From assembly GCA_036172245.1 (NCBI GenBank), contig JAYWIR010000010.1, positions 186,001 to 250,000 on the forward strand: a DNA stretch of 64,000 nucleotides, written 5' to 3'. This document shows positions 1 through 13,200 of the stretch, piece after piece. The notes beneath the pieces are model-generated. The model did no database searches. It saw only the letters and a program-made list of their open reading frames with translations, and was not told the origin of the DNA. Each line of letters begins with the position of its first letter. Position 1 is the first letter of the stretch. A program made the translations under genes and the position numbers. The stretch is from Raillietiella orientalis (lineage: Eukaryota).

Positions 1-1019
1 AACAAAAAAAAACAGTACACGCTTTGGCTGTACACATGCTAAAATCGGAAAGAAAACAAGCTGAATTGCAAATCTGAGAGACCATTGGAAAACACACCGA
101 CGACTGGTTTACGGCAAACGCAGACCGGAATCTCTAGAGAGAGCTGTGCCGAATGTGCATGGGGACCTCTCTTGAGGATCCGCGAAATCAATTCGCCCTC
201 CAAACTTCTGCTTTTACTCCACAGAGATCAGCACGGTGCCTGGATGCCAGGCACGCAAAGGTGCACACAGAAAGCGCGGAATGGACCCGACTTCCTAGAG
301 CTCACCGAACACCGCGCTGCTCTCCCGGCTTTTCTTTTCCCGTGGTCTCGTTGCTGATTTCTTTCTCCTGAAAGCGCGCACTTTTCAAAGCTCTCCGCCC
401 TCTTGTGTTGTGCGCGTTGCTTCTGGACCCATTTCTCTGACGGACTCCAGAGATGGGTTGGGTTTGACAGCGTCCAACCCGTCAAGTTTTTCCCGCAGCC
501 GATTCAAGCAACAGATCTCAGTGAAAGGAAATGCATGAAGCCTCTTCAATTTTTTATTAGATGGAAGGAAGTTGAAGAATTTCCTTCTTCCCCGTGGGGG
601 GGGGGGGGAGATGCATATGTTGAGGGGGAAAGATGCACGCAGGTCTCGGGTGAGCCAGGGACGTTTTTCCATGACTTGCTCTCGATCGCCGCCTGCCCTG
701 AAGCTGGGAAGCAGGTCGATGCAGGCTCGTGGAGTTCTGACGTGTCCTTCCGGTCTGCTTCCGGAAAGTGTCCCGGTCCAGCTCTGGAATTTTCTGGAAA
801 GCCTCACTCCGTGCCACGGAGCGAGAGAGACCAACACTCTTGGCCGACTTTTGTTTCCCATTTTGGGGTGGGCGAGTGGACAGAAGGCACGCAGGGAAGG
901 GGGAGCATAGGGTGCGCCCAGACGACTGCGTAGCAACACCTCGCATTTTTCGCTTTACGTGCAGCTTGGCGAGCGAGGGCCAGAGTAGCAGCATCAACGA
1001 GGTGGCATGCGTTTTCCAG

Positions 1020-1278
1020 GAGGAACTGCCCGACTCTCCCGTGCCAGAGTTCACCACGGTGCGCTTCGCGGAATCCATTCCCATGACGACATACCTCGTG
1101 TGCTTCATCGTTTGCGACTTCTCCTACAGTGAGCAGGAAACGACCAGCTCCGTGAGGATTCGGGTGTACTCCCGTCCGGACCAGATCGGCAAGACGGCCT
1201 ACGCCACCTCGGCGGCCAAAAACTTGACGGAGTTCTTCGAGGACTACTTCATGATCGATTACCCTCTTCCCAAGCAAG
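1020..1278 (+). CDS. Aminopeptidase exon (first in window)
   Basis: ttttccag acceptor; [34 protein letters not shown]...YPLPKQ; G|gtgagt donor. Confidence 0.9.
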
Positions 1279-4200
1279 GTGAGTGCCGCCTGCTTCTTGG
1301 TGACGGCTTTCCAACGCCCGTGGTGGTGCCCTCTAACGATCGTCATTCGGATTGAGCTGCCCAAGTTCTTGGGTTTCACGTGAAGCGTTCCGGGACAGCG
1401 TCCTTCTGGACGCGAGCGAGTCGCGTCTAGGAACTGGGAAAGACGAGGAGGGGTGTGATGGCTAGCTGTAGGCTAGTGGTGCAGAGGGGCTCCGAAAATC
1501 TAACGGAGACGTCCTGGGTCGTCACGTGCGCATCACAGAGATGTGGACCTGGCAAATCTGGAACGGCGGCTCGTTCCTTGCCGGGACGGGAACGAGCCGA
1601 CTGCATCTGCGTGCCATCTGCCTGCTTCTGGCTGGCGCTAAATGGAGGAAAGAGGGCGAGAGGTAACTTGGCCTGTTTCTGAGAAAGCACCTAGACGAAG
1701 AAACACGGCTTGACTTCCGTGGGTTAGCGGGAGGAGGGAGGGGACCGACTCGGAGATGCCACTTCGCTTCTTCCTGCTTCCGAGCTTTGGAGGTGGACGC
1801 GTCGTATCCCCAGCAACCGAGTTTCATCCGTCGATACTTCCGGCCTCGCGGGCGACTTCTCGCGTAGGAAATCTGACCGCAAATCGTCCTCCTTTCCACG
1901 TCCCAGCCAAGACTCTCCCTCTTGGAAGCAGCGTCCTAAGCATCTTCCCAGAGGTCCGGTTTCACCAACTGGACCCTTTGCTTCTCTTCCAAGCGCACCC
2001 CTGGTCGATCTTCCTTCCCCTTTTAACGGCGTCCGGGCCGAAACGGAATGTTCCCAAGGTGCGGCGTGCATCTCGAACTTCCAGGATGAAATCGGAAGGC
2101 CTCAGTGTCAGCAGGAGGAATTCTTGATTTGGGTGATGCTCATGCGCTCACGCAGATTGGTCCTGGCGGCAGCAGAGGAGGCCTTGCCAGGAGCTGGCGT
2201 AGGAAAAGGCGCCTGACAGTTCCCTTGCTACCGGACCACGTTGTCGGACTTGATGGTACGTGGTGACGTTCTTGTGGGCCCGGAAGAAGAGGGAAGCCTC
2301 CTTTCTGAACATCTTCCCGTGGTTCCGTAAAGGAGACGAGGCAGCCTATGGTTCGGCAGCCCTGTTGACATTTCGTTACCTCACAACGAGATGGTTGATG
2401 GCTGCTCCGCCCGCTTGGACCGCGTACGCCAATGATGCACCCTCACCACTGACTCGGCTCTCTCTTTCGGCATTCGTTTCTGCCCAGCGAATCGATCTCT
2501 TCAACGCCCTTGTCCTTTCAGACCTGATCGCTGTCCCCGACTTTGCCTCTGGTGCCATGGAGAACTGGGGTCTCATCACTTTCAGCGAGAGGAACCTGCT
2601 GTGGGAACAAGGCAAGAACTCCCTGCCCAGAAAGCTACGAGTGGCAACAGTCATAGCGCACGAGTTGGCTCACCAGTGGTTCGGGAACCTTGGTAAGTTG
2701 CGGAGTAGCGTCAGATCACTCGGTTGCCGCCGCGTTCGCTGCCGTGACGACCAACCGGCATATTCTTGATTGCAGTGACCATGAAGTGGTGGGACGACCT
2801 ATGGCTGAACGAGGGATTCGCATCCTACATGGAGTCGAAAGGGTTGGGTCATGTGGAACCAAACCTGGACGTGGTGAGCTCCCAAGACGCTCCCTTCTTG
2901 CGCGTCTGCCCCTGCTCTTTACGGCCAAACAGTCGCTTTTTGAGGGCTGGATCAGTTTCCAACCTCGAGGACCCCTCCTCGCAGCTTGGCAAATTTCCGG
3001 GCTGAGAGAGTTGGAGGAACTCTCGGGAAGATGCAAGCCGTCCCTCGTTCCTGCTAGCCAGAACCGGCGGCCTAGCAGAAGGAAGGAAGGTCGGATGTGC
3101 CTTCCTTCTTTCTTGCGGCGCGCCCACAGCCCTTGGGGCGCGGGACGTCCGTCTCGCGGAGGGAGATACCGGAGGATCGCGAGCGTTCCAGATGTGCGCT
3201 AACCCGGCTCCTGATCTCTTCCAGGTCGCCGCGTACGAGCTCCTGGACGCACTGGTGGTGAAGCGATTGGATTCTGCCGTGAACTCGCACCCCATAAGGC
3301 AGAAGGTGAGCGATCCTTCCGAGATCAACGAAATCTTCGATTCCATATCCTACGAGAAGGTGAGTGCTTGACGGAGGAGCTGAAGGACCGCTCTTCGTCT
3401 CACGCGCTTTGTAAACGGTCGGCGCTTGACTTGGGGGTGCGGCCGGGGCGGGCCCGCCACACGTCCTGCGCCGAACGAACTCGCGCGCAGCGGCAGCGCC
3501 GTTGCGCATGAGCAAGCGTGTTTGCCCGCCACGGGAGATGCGACGGCTTCCTGGGCCCTGAGGAAAGCAACGGGGAAAAAAAATGGTCGTTAGTTGGCAC
3601 GATGTTTTTTTCGTGTTTGTGTGTTGAGTACAAGGTTGTTGTGCGCCCGACTGCACTCTGCAACGCGCTGGGGAAAAGGTCGTGTGCACTTGAGGGCATC
3701 CGGCGTGCGGGTGCACGCGTTGCGGCGACCAAGAATCCGGTGGATGCAGAACAGGACGCGGAGACGGGGAAGAAAAAGCAAACAAATTTGCGTTTTCCTG
3801 GCTCCTTGGGTTTCCCCTTGCGTGGTGTACGCTTCCGCGCATGCCTCGAAGGGAATCTCCTTCGAATCCCGAAGAGAACAGCTGACCAGCCTGGAGAACA
3901 GCCCTTTCCTCGAGTTTCCTTCGGGAAAACTCGGAAAGGTTGCACGGGACCCCCCCCCCCGAACGGGCGGGTCCAGCGGCACCTCCCCCGTCTCAGCGCC
4001 GCCTCCCGGCGGCAACCGAAGATTTTGCGGGATCCCTCAGAACGATCGCAGCTCGGCGTTCCTCCTCCGTCGGAGCTTCGACGATGCAGTCGCCGCGTAG
4101 AGGACAAGGGCGTGGAAGAGGGCAAAGGAAAGGAAGAGATCGATTCAGTGGGCACGAAAGAACGCCGCAGGAGGGGGCTGTGTCGATGGTGAGGGTTGCA

Positions 4201-7200
4201 ATCAGTGGAGTGCGCGGTCCAAGCGGGCGGAGCAGCCATCAACCATCTCGTTGTGAGGTAACGAAATGTCAACAGGGCTGCCGAACCATAGGCTGCCTCG
4301 TCTCCTTTACGGAACCACGGGAAGATGTTCAGAAAGGAGGCTTCCCTCTTCTTCCGGCAGCCTCAGTCGGGACTTGTCGCCCGCGGCGCTGGCACCGGTG
4401 CACTGCCCCGGCCGCGTACCCCACAAGATGCAGCATCCTCCTGAGATCGGGACGCAACTTTCCCCGATTGGTTTCCGATCGCAGCCCACCCTCTACGGAT
4501 CCGCTTCCGCTTATTTTTTAGAGTTTCCATCTCGTCATCTCGAGACCCGTGGATGCCGTCCCCGCGCTCACCCGCGGAGGCAGGCTCGGAACTCCCGGCG
4601 GTGCCTGTGGTAGCCTGCGGAAGCTAGACAGAACTCCCGGCCTCCGCGACGCCTCTCCTCCAGGCTCTCTCTCGCGCGCCTTCGCCCAAGTTCAGCTGCA
4701 GCGGAAGAGTCTACTCGCCTCCAGCAGGGCTGCCGAACCATAGGCTGCTTCGTCTCTTCTACGGAACCACGGGAAGATGTTCAGAAAGGAGGCTTCCCTC
4801 TTCCCCCGGACCCACAAGAACGTCACCAAGAACAATCCAGTCTGAAAGGCGTCGTCCGGTGGAAAGGGAACTCTTTGGCGACGACGACGATCTTCGCCGC
4901 CGGCGCTTGCTCCTTGCCCCTCGAGGTCCGGCACGAGAAACAGAGGGGACCTTCCGCTCGAAGGCGTTGCTGGAAATGGGAGATACACAACCGGGTGGTG
5001 TCGTGCGGAGACCTCGAACCCACAATTTCAAGGAAAACGCAGGAGTCGCTCGTTGGTTGCTCCTCCCGATCGGTCGCCGGACCGGTAAACTCGCAGCGTG
5101 CGGTTTCCCAGATGCCTCCCCCTTCCCTCCTCCTCCTCGGCCCCTTTCTCTGCTTAGACGCCGCAGGCAAACACAGCGAAGCGCCTCCCTCCGCTTCATC
5201 GGGAGCTCCTCGGACTTGTTGGGAGGGAACTGCGCCGTGCTATCCTCCCCCTCCCTCGCTGGCCGAACCTTTCGCGTCGCGTTGGGGGCGGCCACCACGG
5301 AGGAGACGCTCGTCGCGTTCCTCTCCCATCCAGCATCAGGAGATCTTTCCTCCTCTTTGACCCTTTTTTTGGGGGGCCATCCCCTAGGGGTCGACCATCC
5401 TGAGGATGCTGGAGCATTTCATGGGATCAGAGTCCTTCCGGATGGGGATACACAACTACCTGCAGCGTTTCGCGTACTCGAACGCCGCCACCCTGGATCT
5501 CTGGAACGAGCTGCAGCTCGCGTCGGACGCTCATCTTCCCATAGCGAGCATCATGGACACGTGGACGCTGCAGAAAGGGTATCCCGTCCTGGAAGTGGCC
5601 GACCTAGGGAAGGGTGCCTACCGAATCGGCCAGAGCAAGTTCCCGTTCCACTACAACCTAAGCGCCGAGGACGTCGACAAGTCCGCCTTCAGGTAGGGAA
5701 CCCGCCCGCGGCGTTTCTGAGGAAATCCGCCCGCCGTGCTTGCGGCAGGCGCGTCGCTTGCGAACTCCCTGAAGATGCGCGTATCCTGGGGCCTCTTCAG
5801 CGAGCAGCAGAGTAGAGGAGGCTGATCGCGGCGTCCGTCGCGCCGGAGAACATGCGTTGGCGCATTCCCTTTGGTCGCGCAGGGAGTGGACCTCTAACGA
5901 CGGCGTCGAGCTCCCTGAGCGGTCGGAACTGCATCGGGAACTCGGGATCCGAAATCTTTCGACCTCCCCTCCTCCCACCTCTTCTCCGGCCAAGGAAACT
6001 TTGGAATCCCCATTTGGGAGCTTCTAACAGTGCTTTTTGTCTTTTAGCTACAAGTGGGACGTTCCTATCGTCTACGTGACGTCATCGTCCTGCACTCCTT
6101 CGAGCCCGTTATGGCTGAAAAGAAACAGTAAACATTGTAAGTTTTTTTTTTTTCCCTTCCCCTCAACTCGAAAAAGGGAGGAATTCCCTTCCCCCTCCTC
6201 CTCCCTCTTCCTCCCACGTTTCTTCAAAAGAGTCGCGCTCACCGCAGAGTGCATGTGCCGGCTTCGGAAGCTAGTGTACCTCCCCCCCCCCCCCCTGTCT
6301 TTCGGGAATGTGCATGCTGACATGCACGAGTCCGGTTATGTCCGATCCATCCTCTGCAGTGTCCTGCCGATGTCCCGCACGCCGCCGCGGCGAGTCTTTT
6401 GGCGGCGTGCAGGGGGCGCCCTCGTCCGATCAGTGGGCGGGAGGGAATCACTGGGGAGGGCCCTTCAGCTCCGTCCCACCTTCACAGGAGCAACCACCAC
6501 TAGTTGCCGTCTGCGTCACCCACGGATCCTGTCGCAGCTTTACCCTCATCGCAGTCCGGGATGTCACCACCATTCTTCCTCGAAGGCGGACGGCGACGCG
6601 GAATAGCCGCGCCTCGTTTGCGGAGCAGCTGATCGGATCAGCTGCTGATGCTGCTCGGAGGCATTTTCGGAGGCAGGGACGAGGTGCAGCCTGCACGGAC
6701 GAAGCAGCAGGCTGGACTTTCTTCGGGAGTGCCGCTGATCCACTGGCTGGTGGGAAGGAAAAGTCGAAGGGGGTGGGTAGAAGGGAAAGAGGGTTGGCTG
6801 CCCATCCTTCGGACGTTTTTCGAAGAAATGGAGGTGGCGGTTGTGCGCAGATGAGATTTCAACGGCGAACCGTTCTTTTCGGAGGGGACGGACTGCTCTT
6901 GCGCGATTTTGGTGCACACCAGGTCTTCGAGGTGGGGAGAGGGGAGGGGGAGGAGGAGTTTGCACGCGGTCCAGGAGGAAGCGGGCAGCGAAACCTTCGG
7001 AGGGAAGCCGCTGCGCTTCCTTGAGCTTTGCAGCATCCCGAGGGTTGAAACCACGGGTGCGTCGCCTTCCTGGAGGATACCCTCTCCACGGCAGCTGCTG
7101 CCCGGAGCTCAAGAGGTTGTGCTAGAGAATCGAGGGAGGTGGCAGGAGGGGGATGGCCGCGGGAACTCGCCATCGAACCCTTCCGGGTCACTCGACTCCC

Positions 7201-10200
7201 GCCCGCAGAGTCTCAGAGGCTCGCGAAGAGCTCGAGAGCTCTTAAGAGACCCCAAGAAGCGCTGACCGTCTCCCAGAGACCCTCGGGTGTGGTCAACGAT
7301 GAAATGTAGGTAGCGTCCCTCCCTTTGCTCCCTGCGGGGGCCGGAAAAAGGCTGCCGTCGAGGGCGAAGGGTCGGTGGATTCGTCCGTCGCCTCCGTTTC
7401 TTGCCCCTCTTACGCGCACCTCCCCATACGCGTGGGATGGGGGAGGGTGGGCGTCTTTGAGGGGTGTCCCCCTCCGTCTAGACCGCGTCCAGCGGATCCT
7501 TGAGAGGACGTTGCCAGAGACCCTTGGCGACCCTTGGCACGTCAGGAAAGCGGAGGGGATGCACAGCCTCGTCACACGGGGGTTCTCTGCTCCTTCCGGT
7601 CCTCCCTTCTCGCCGGGCGCGGCCGTTTCGCGTAGTATCCTCGGTGACCGCGTCTCCGGAATTCCGAAGGCTGTCGGTTCGCTCCTTAGCGACGCCAACC
7701 GGGAATCCCTGTTGCGCTTTCCTTTGCGCGCCTTTGCGACAGCGGCGCCTCCCCTCTTCCCCTCCCTCAAGTCCGTAGAGTGCATCACCATCAAGAGGAA
7801 GCTCCACGGCCGGGACTCCACGGGCTCCACGGGCTCCAGGCTCCACGTTCCTCCTGAGATGAGCTCGGGACGATTCTTCGCAGCGCCCACCAGCCAGGAG
7901 CGCTGCGCCTGCTCGTCCCGGCTGGTGACCCAAGATGCAAACGTCCCGGCCACTCTGCCGGCCCACACCGTCTCCCAATCCCTGCCTTCCGGGCCCTAGC
8001 ACCCAGGCTGGCCCCCTTCTGCGTTCGGCATCTCCCCTCGCATTGCCCGCGTTCTCCTTTCATAAAGGGCAGGTTGCATCGAACAGGGTGAGCCTGGACT
8101 TGGGAGCACCAGCTCTGGGTGGGTGGGGGGCAAGTGTCTCGCATCGCCAGCCACGGAGCCGCCTGGTTCGAGGTCCCCAGTTTCCGCCGTTTTCCACGCG
8201 CCTGGTATGACCGGTAGTTCCTCCTGGTGAAACAGGCGGGCCTTCCCCGCATTCACACACGCGTTTCCTGACTACGCGGCCGTCGGACCGCAGCTGGAGC
8301 GTGAGGGGCTTTCCCCTGGGGGCCACTGCAACCACAGCGTTGGAGTTGAGCCTCGTGTCGACAGCCACCGGAAGTTTCGGTGGAGCGGAGCAGCCGCTCA
8401 TCTTAGATCGGAGGTGGCGGATGCTGAGGATGTCTGACAGAAGAAAGGAACGTTTCTTCTTCGCCTCCGGTTCGGATCGCACCTCTACTCTGCGGGCGTC
8501 CTGTCCTGGCGACATGGGAGCTTCTCGCGAGACTGTCGAAGTCGCAGATGGTGCGCAGTTCGCTGCCGAAAGTCGCCGAAGCGGCCTCTGGTTTCCAGGG
8601 ACACCTTCGTGAGCGGTGCCAGGGCAGTGCTGGGGGGCGAAGCGTCCCACGTGCCGCGGACTTCTTTCCCGCATACTCCTCGCACAGCATGGCGCTCTTT
8701 CCGCGAGGACGCGGGCGGGCGTGTTGGACAGCGAACAGAGTTGCCAAGCGGAAAGGATGGCCATGCTGCTGCTAGCGGCACATCTCCCCCGATGTCATTC
8801 AAAAAGGTGCCTGTGAGCCAGCAAACGTGTCGCTTATGTTGCAACGAGTCCGAGCCAGCGAGTGGCCCAACGATTTTCCTGCTGCTGCGACCTTCCGCTT
8901 TGATACCGCTGGTTCCTCCCTCGAGTGGAGCCGCCTGAAAGATGGTAGCGCTTTCTTTTCCTTTCTTCCCTATCTCTCTTTCCTGCTGCAACCTTCCGAG
9001 AGAGAAGGGAGGGAAAAGCGGCCAGCTGCCCGAGAATGTCTGGAAAGTGGCGGCTGTAGGAAAGCATCCAGACGAGACTCAGTGACATTGGTCAGAAGAT
9101 GAGAAACGCGGGGAGGACGTTGAACGAATTCAGCCGAAGAGAGAAGGGACGTGGCGCGTCCGAGATAGAAAAGAGCGTGACCACGGAGCCAGGCAATCCA
9201 TCCTGATAGATCGGGACAGACGGATCGGAGTTCCTCGAGAGGCGCCCTCCACGCTCGCAGCAACCCTGGAAGCGACGACGCCTGCCCTACGCAGGGGTCA
9301 TGCGAACCGTCGCGAGCTCTCCCGCGCCGATCAATCGCTACAACTCCCTCCTCCTCCCACACCCATCCCTCAGAGAAAGGGAGAAACACGCCCCGGCGTG
9401 CCCTGAGACTCCTAGCGTTCGTCTGGCCGGGCATCTCATTCTCTCTCTCCTTCCAGTGGTCCTGAACACAGGCAGCGAGGCGAAATGGTTGAAGCTGAAC
9501 GCCGGCTTGCATGGTTACTACCGAGTCAGCTATCCGGAAGCCGTTTGGGGTGCTCTATCCGCCCAGCTGGAAGAGAACCACAAGGTACTCCTTCGGCGGG
9601 ACACGGTGTGCGCGCGCACGTTCGCCTTTCCCGCGGCAACGCCAGGATCCGTCACGCGCCGGAGGCCTTGGGAAAGCAGTGCGGAAATGGGGAGTCTCGC
9701 TAACCCCGGGGTTGTCTCGGCTCCTGTCCACCACCCACCTCATCAGGCCATTGCACCCGGAGCGGTGTTCCATTCCTGTCCACCGTTTTCTTCCCGGCTT
9801 CCGGGAAACACCCTTTTCTTGCACAGCCGTGGAAGTACCTTCTGGGCGAGGAGCGCGCGCGATTCCAAAAGCGCGTCTCTGCTTAGGTCCACCGAGGGCC
9901 AGCCGGAAATCCCCTCACTGAAACCAAAGGATCCAGGGTCTCCTCTTTCCCGGCGCCTGCAGAAGTTTTCGCACTTCTGGCGGAAGACGGCGTTTACGCA
10001 TTCTTTTTTCGAAAGAGGTGGCTCGGCTTCTTCCTACGCACTCACGTTGCTGGACGGAGCTCGGAAGTGTCACGGATCCTCCGCACGGCTCCCCTCGCTC
10101 TCGCAACCGCCCCAGGTCTTTCTCGCTTCGAGATCCCCACGGGAGAGTCGCAGCCGACGATCATCTCCGAGGCGGCCTCGAATCTCCCCGTAGCTTCCGA

Positions 10201-13200
10201 GGGCAGCGGATCGGGGAACACGAGAGGTCCGAATGAGCTGCCGCAAGCAAGCGCTGACCCGAGGTCACGCAGGGGCAGGTTTCGCAACAGCCGCACTTCA
10301 CGCGTACCTCGTGCCTCTGGATGGACATCCCGATGTCTCTCGGTCCATGTGGAGTGGCCCGTGATTCTCCCGAACGAAACGGCAAAATGCCATCTTTTTT
10401 TCTCCTAGCAATTCTTTGTAGAGTGTTCTAGAAGGTTTTTTTTTGTTGTTGTTGTAAGCATCGCTATGCAGAGGCTACAAGGTCCAGATTGCTTCCGATT
10501 CCGGCTTTGCATGCATCCTTCTGCCAGTGGCGCGGAGCGGCGATCTGGCCTCGTGCGTCACAGACGGAATGGTCGTACGCTGCTGAGATTCCGGAACCGC
10601 CGCAGAGCGAACCTCCCAGGAAAAAGTGCCAGTCGAAGAATTCTATTCAGCCCAGGTGCGTCGCTCTCCGACGCGCGGTCCATCATTGTGTCGGAGGCGC
10701 AGCAGCCCCTGTCGAAGGTCGCGAGGTTTTCGTTCGGAAGCAGATGCGAACTTTTTCTCCACGTGACGTCAAGCGCACCCCGAAGCGAGGCTCGCGGCAA
10801 CGGAAGCGGTGTTCCATGCGGCCTTGGGAGTTCCCATCTTTTGCTTATTGCCCCCCCCCCCCCCACCTCCCTCCAGCAGATCTCGGCCGTTGGCTTCTTT
10901 CGCCCCGCTTCCACCTCGAGAGTCGCAGAGGTCCGAAGACCAGCTTGCCCGTGAGGCGTTTTCTTGGAAACGGCGACATCTCGGTGGCTCCATCCGACTT
11001 GACCCTTCCGTGCTTACTCAAGGTGGGGGCGCATCATCCCAGGAAAGCCATTGTGGGTCTTCGTCCCTCGCCGGCAGAATCTCCTCCTGCACGCACATAG
11101 GAGGGGCAGCGGATCTTGCACGCTGCCCTCCCCCCTTTCCTACATGGCGCTCCGAGCGACCCCTTCAGCCTTCGACCCCGCCGCGCGTTCTCCTCTCCTC
11201 AAGGCCGTGTCTTCTCGACCGCTTCTCCTGGTTCGACGCGCGGGAAGTTCTGTCCTGTTCTCCCTCCTGCTCGTTCTCCTCCGCTCCTTCCTCTTCTTCG
11301 CGTGACGCGGCCCTCGGGTTGCGTTTGACGCATGCGTCTCCGGGGTACTGCTTCCATCCCCCGTTCCCGCGGCTGCCTTGACGACCCTGTCTTCACGGGA
11401 GGGATAGGGGGGGGGGGGGGGAAGAGCGGAGTACGCATGGGTACTGGGCGGAGCGGGGAGTCGGCCAGCGCGCTCCTCTTGGTGGCTTCGAGCGCTTCGA
11501 ACGCGCGTGCAGACGCGGTCACCAGATGCCAACACAGGGTAGGAGGAGGAGCCTCCAAGGGAGAAGGAGGGGACGCTCCCCTTCCGTGGGTGCTACGTCG
11601 CTTTGGAACTTTCGCTGTCTTCCTTGTGTTGAGCCTCCCTCATCTCGCGCCCAGGTCCTCACGGAAGCGGACCGCGCCAACCTCGTGGACGACGTGTTTA
11701 GCATAGCGATGGCCAACGGACTGAAGTACGATGTCCCCTTGCGGATGGTCCAGTACATCCGGCGCGAAACCGGTTTCGTAGCTTGGAAGACGGCGTCTCA
11801 TCACCTCTTCAAGATCGCGGCTCTGCTGAGAGGAACACCCGACTACGGACCGTTCCAAGTGAGCCGGGAGCCTAGTCGGGCGGGGAGCACCGCAGGAGCA
11901 CCACCGTTTGGGTTGTTCTTTCCAGAGATTCGTGTGGGAGATGCTGAAGTCTTCGTACGAGGGGCTGGGATGGTACGAGAAGCCGACGGATTCCCCGCTG
12001 GACAAGTGAGTGCGCCCCTGGTAACGGCTCTCCCTCCACCCCCATCCCCTCCCTTTCATCGTCCGGGAGGGAAGACTGACTCCTCCGCCTGTTCTTTCCA
12101 GACTGCTCCGGGAGGAGATACTGAACCTCGCCTGCTCGAGCGAGTATCCTCTGTGCTTGCAAGAAGCGGAGCGTCTGCTGAAAAGGCATATCGAGCAGGA
12201 CTTTTCCTTCCTGCCTTCTCACCTGATCAACCTGGTGTACAAGTACGGGATGCAGACTTCCGGGAACGAGGAGATTTGGAACGCCTTTTGGGAGCGGTAC
12301 ACCAAGGAGCTGGACATTCAGGAGAAAAGCAGTCTGATGCTGGGGTTGAGCAGTGTCCACAACGCCACGCTTCTCTCGAGGCAAGTGGCTCCTGATTTGC
12401 TGAGTCGGTGGCGATCCATGACCTTCGGCGAAAGAGTCTCGCCGCAGTTGAACACCGCCTCGGGGCCACCCGAGGCGGAAGGTGCTCAGGCGTCAGCGTA
12501 AGCTCCCCACCTTAGCTGCGTCCGCGTGCTCGAGACAAGGAAGGTGGAAGGGATTATGGTGGTGCGCGCGGAATGCCTGGGGGGGAAGGGGGGCACGAAT
12601 GGATGGCCTTGAACGTGTGGTCTCAGGGGTGGCAGGCCGGGGAATCAGAGGCCGCTCGGCTGCGCGTCGACCGCATCCACCGCCGATTCACACGAACGAG
12701 CGACGTTCTCTCGGGACCAGAGGGGGTTCCCTTCGCTCCCTTCTCTGAGCTGGGAGTTTTGCTCCCGGGAAGACGCCCGCGGGCACGCGCGCGCGTTCCC
12801 TGTGCTTTGCGTCAGAACCGCTCCCGCGCGAACCGGCTGCGTGGAAAGCGTCCAACACCGATTCGTAGGGAGAGGAAAACCAAGTGAGGAGGAGCAGGGC
12901 ACTCCCCCCCACGCCAAGAAGAGAAGGCACCCTGCTTCGTTCTGCACGGGAGAGCTGAGCGGGCCCACGTACAAACCACCGCGAAGCTGCCTTCTCGTTC
13001 CCTCCCCCACCTCCGAGGGGCGGCCGCTGCCTGCTCCTCTCGTCTGGGATTTATTGAAGATCGCAGGAGCTCCCCCGGTCATGCAGGATTTTGCGCTTGT
13101 CTGCGTAACTCCCCGTAGAGCCCCTGCTTTCCCACTTCCCTGCTCTGGGCAGCAGCCCGACGGCGCGGTGTGTTTTGGTCTTTGCCGCCGTTAGCGAGTC

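Noticed and set aside
7800..7846. Short CTCCACGGG tandem repeat
   Set aside because: About three to four imperfect units with no spacers; ordinary slippage, not an array such as CRISPR.
11337..11375. Weak resemblance to the reverse complement of U2 stem-loop IV (gggtactgc...cccgcggc)
   Set aside because: Too short, the AUUGCAGU loop is not preserved, and no other U2 elements are nearby.
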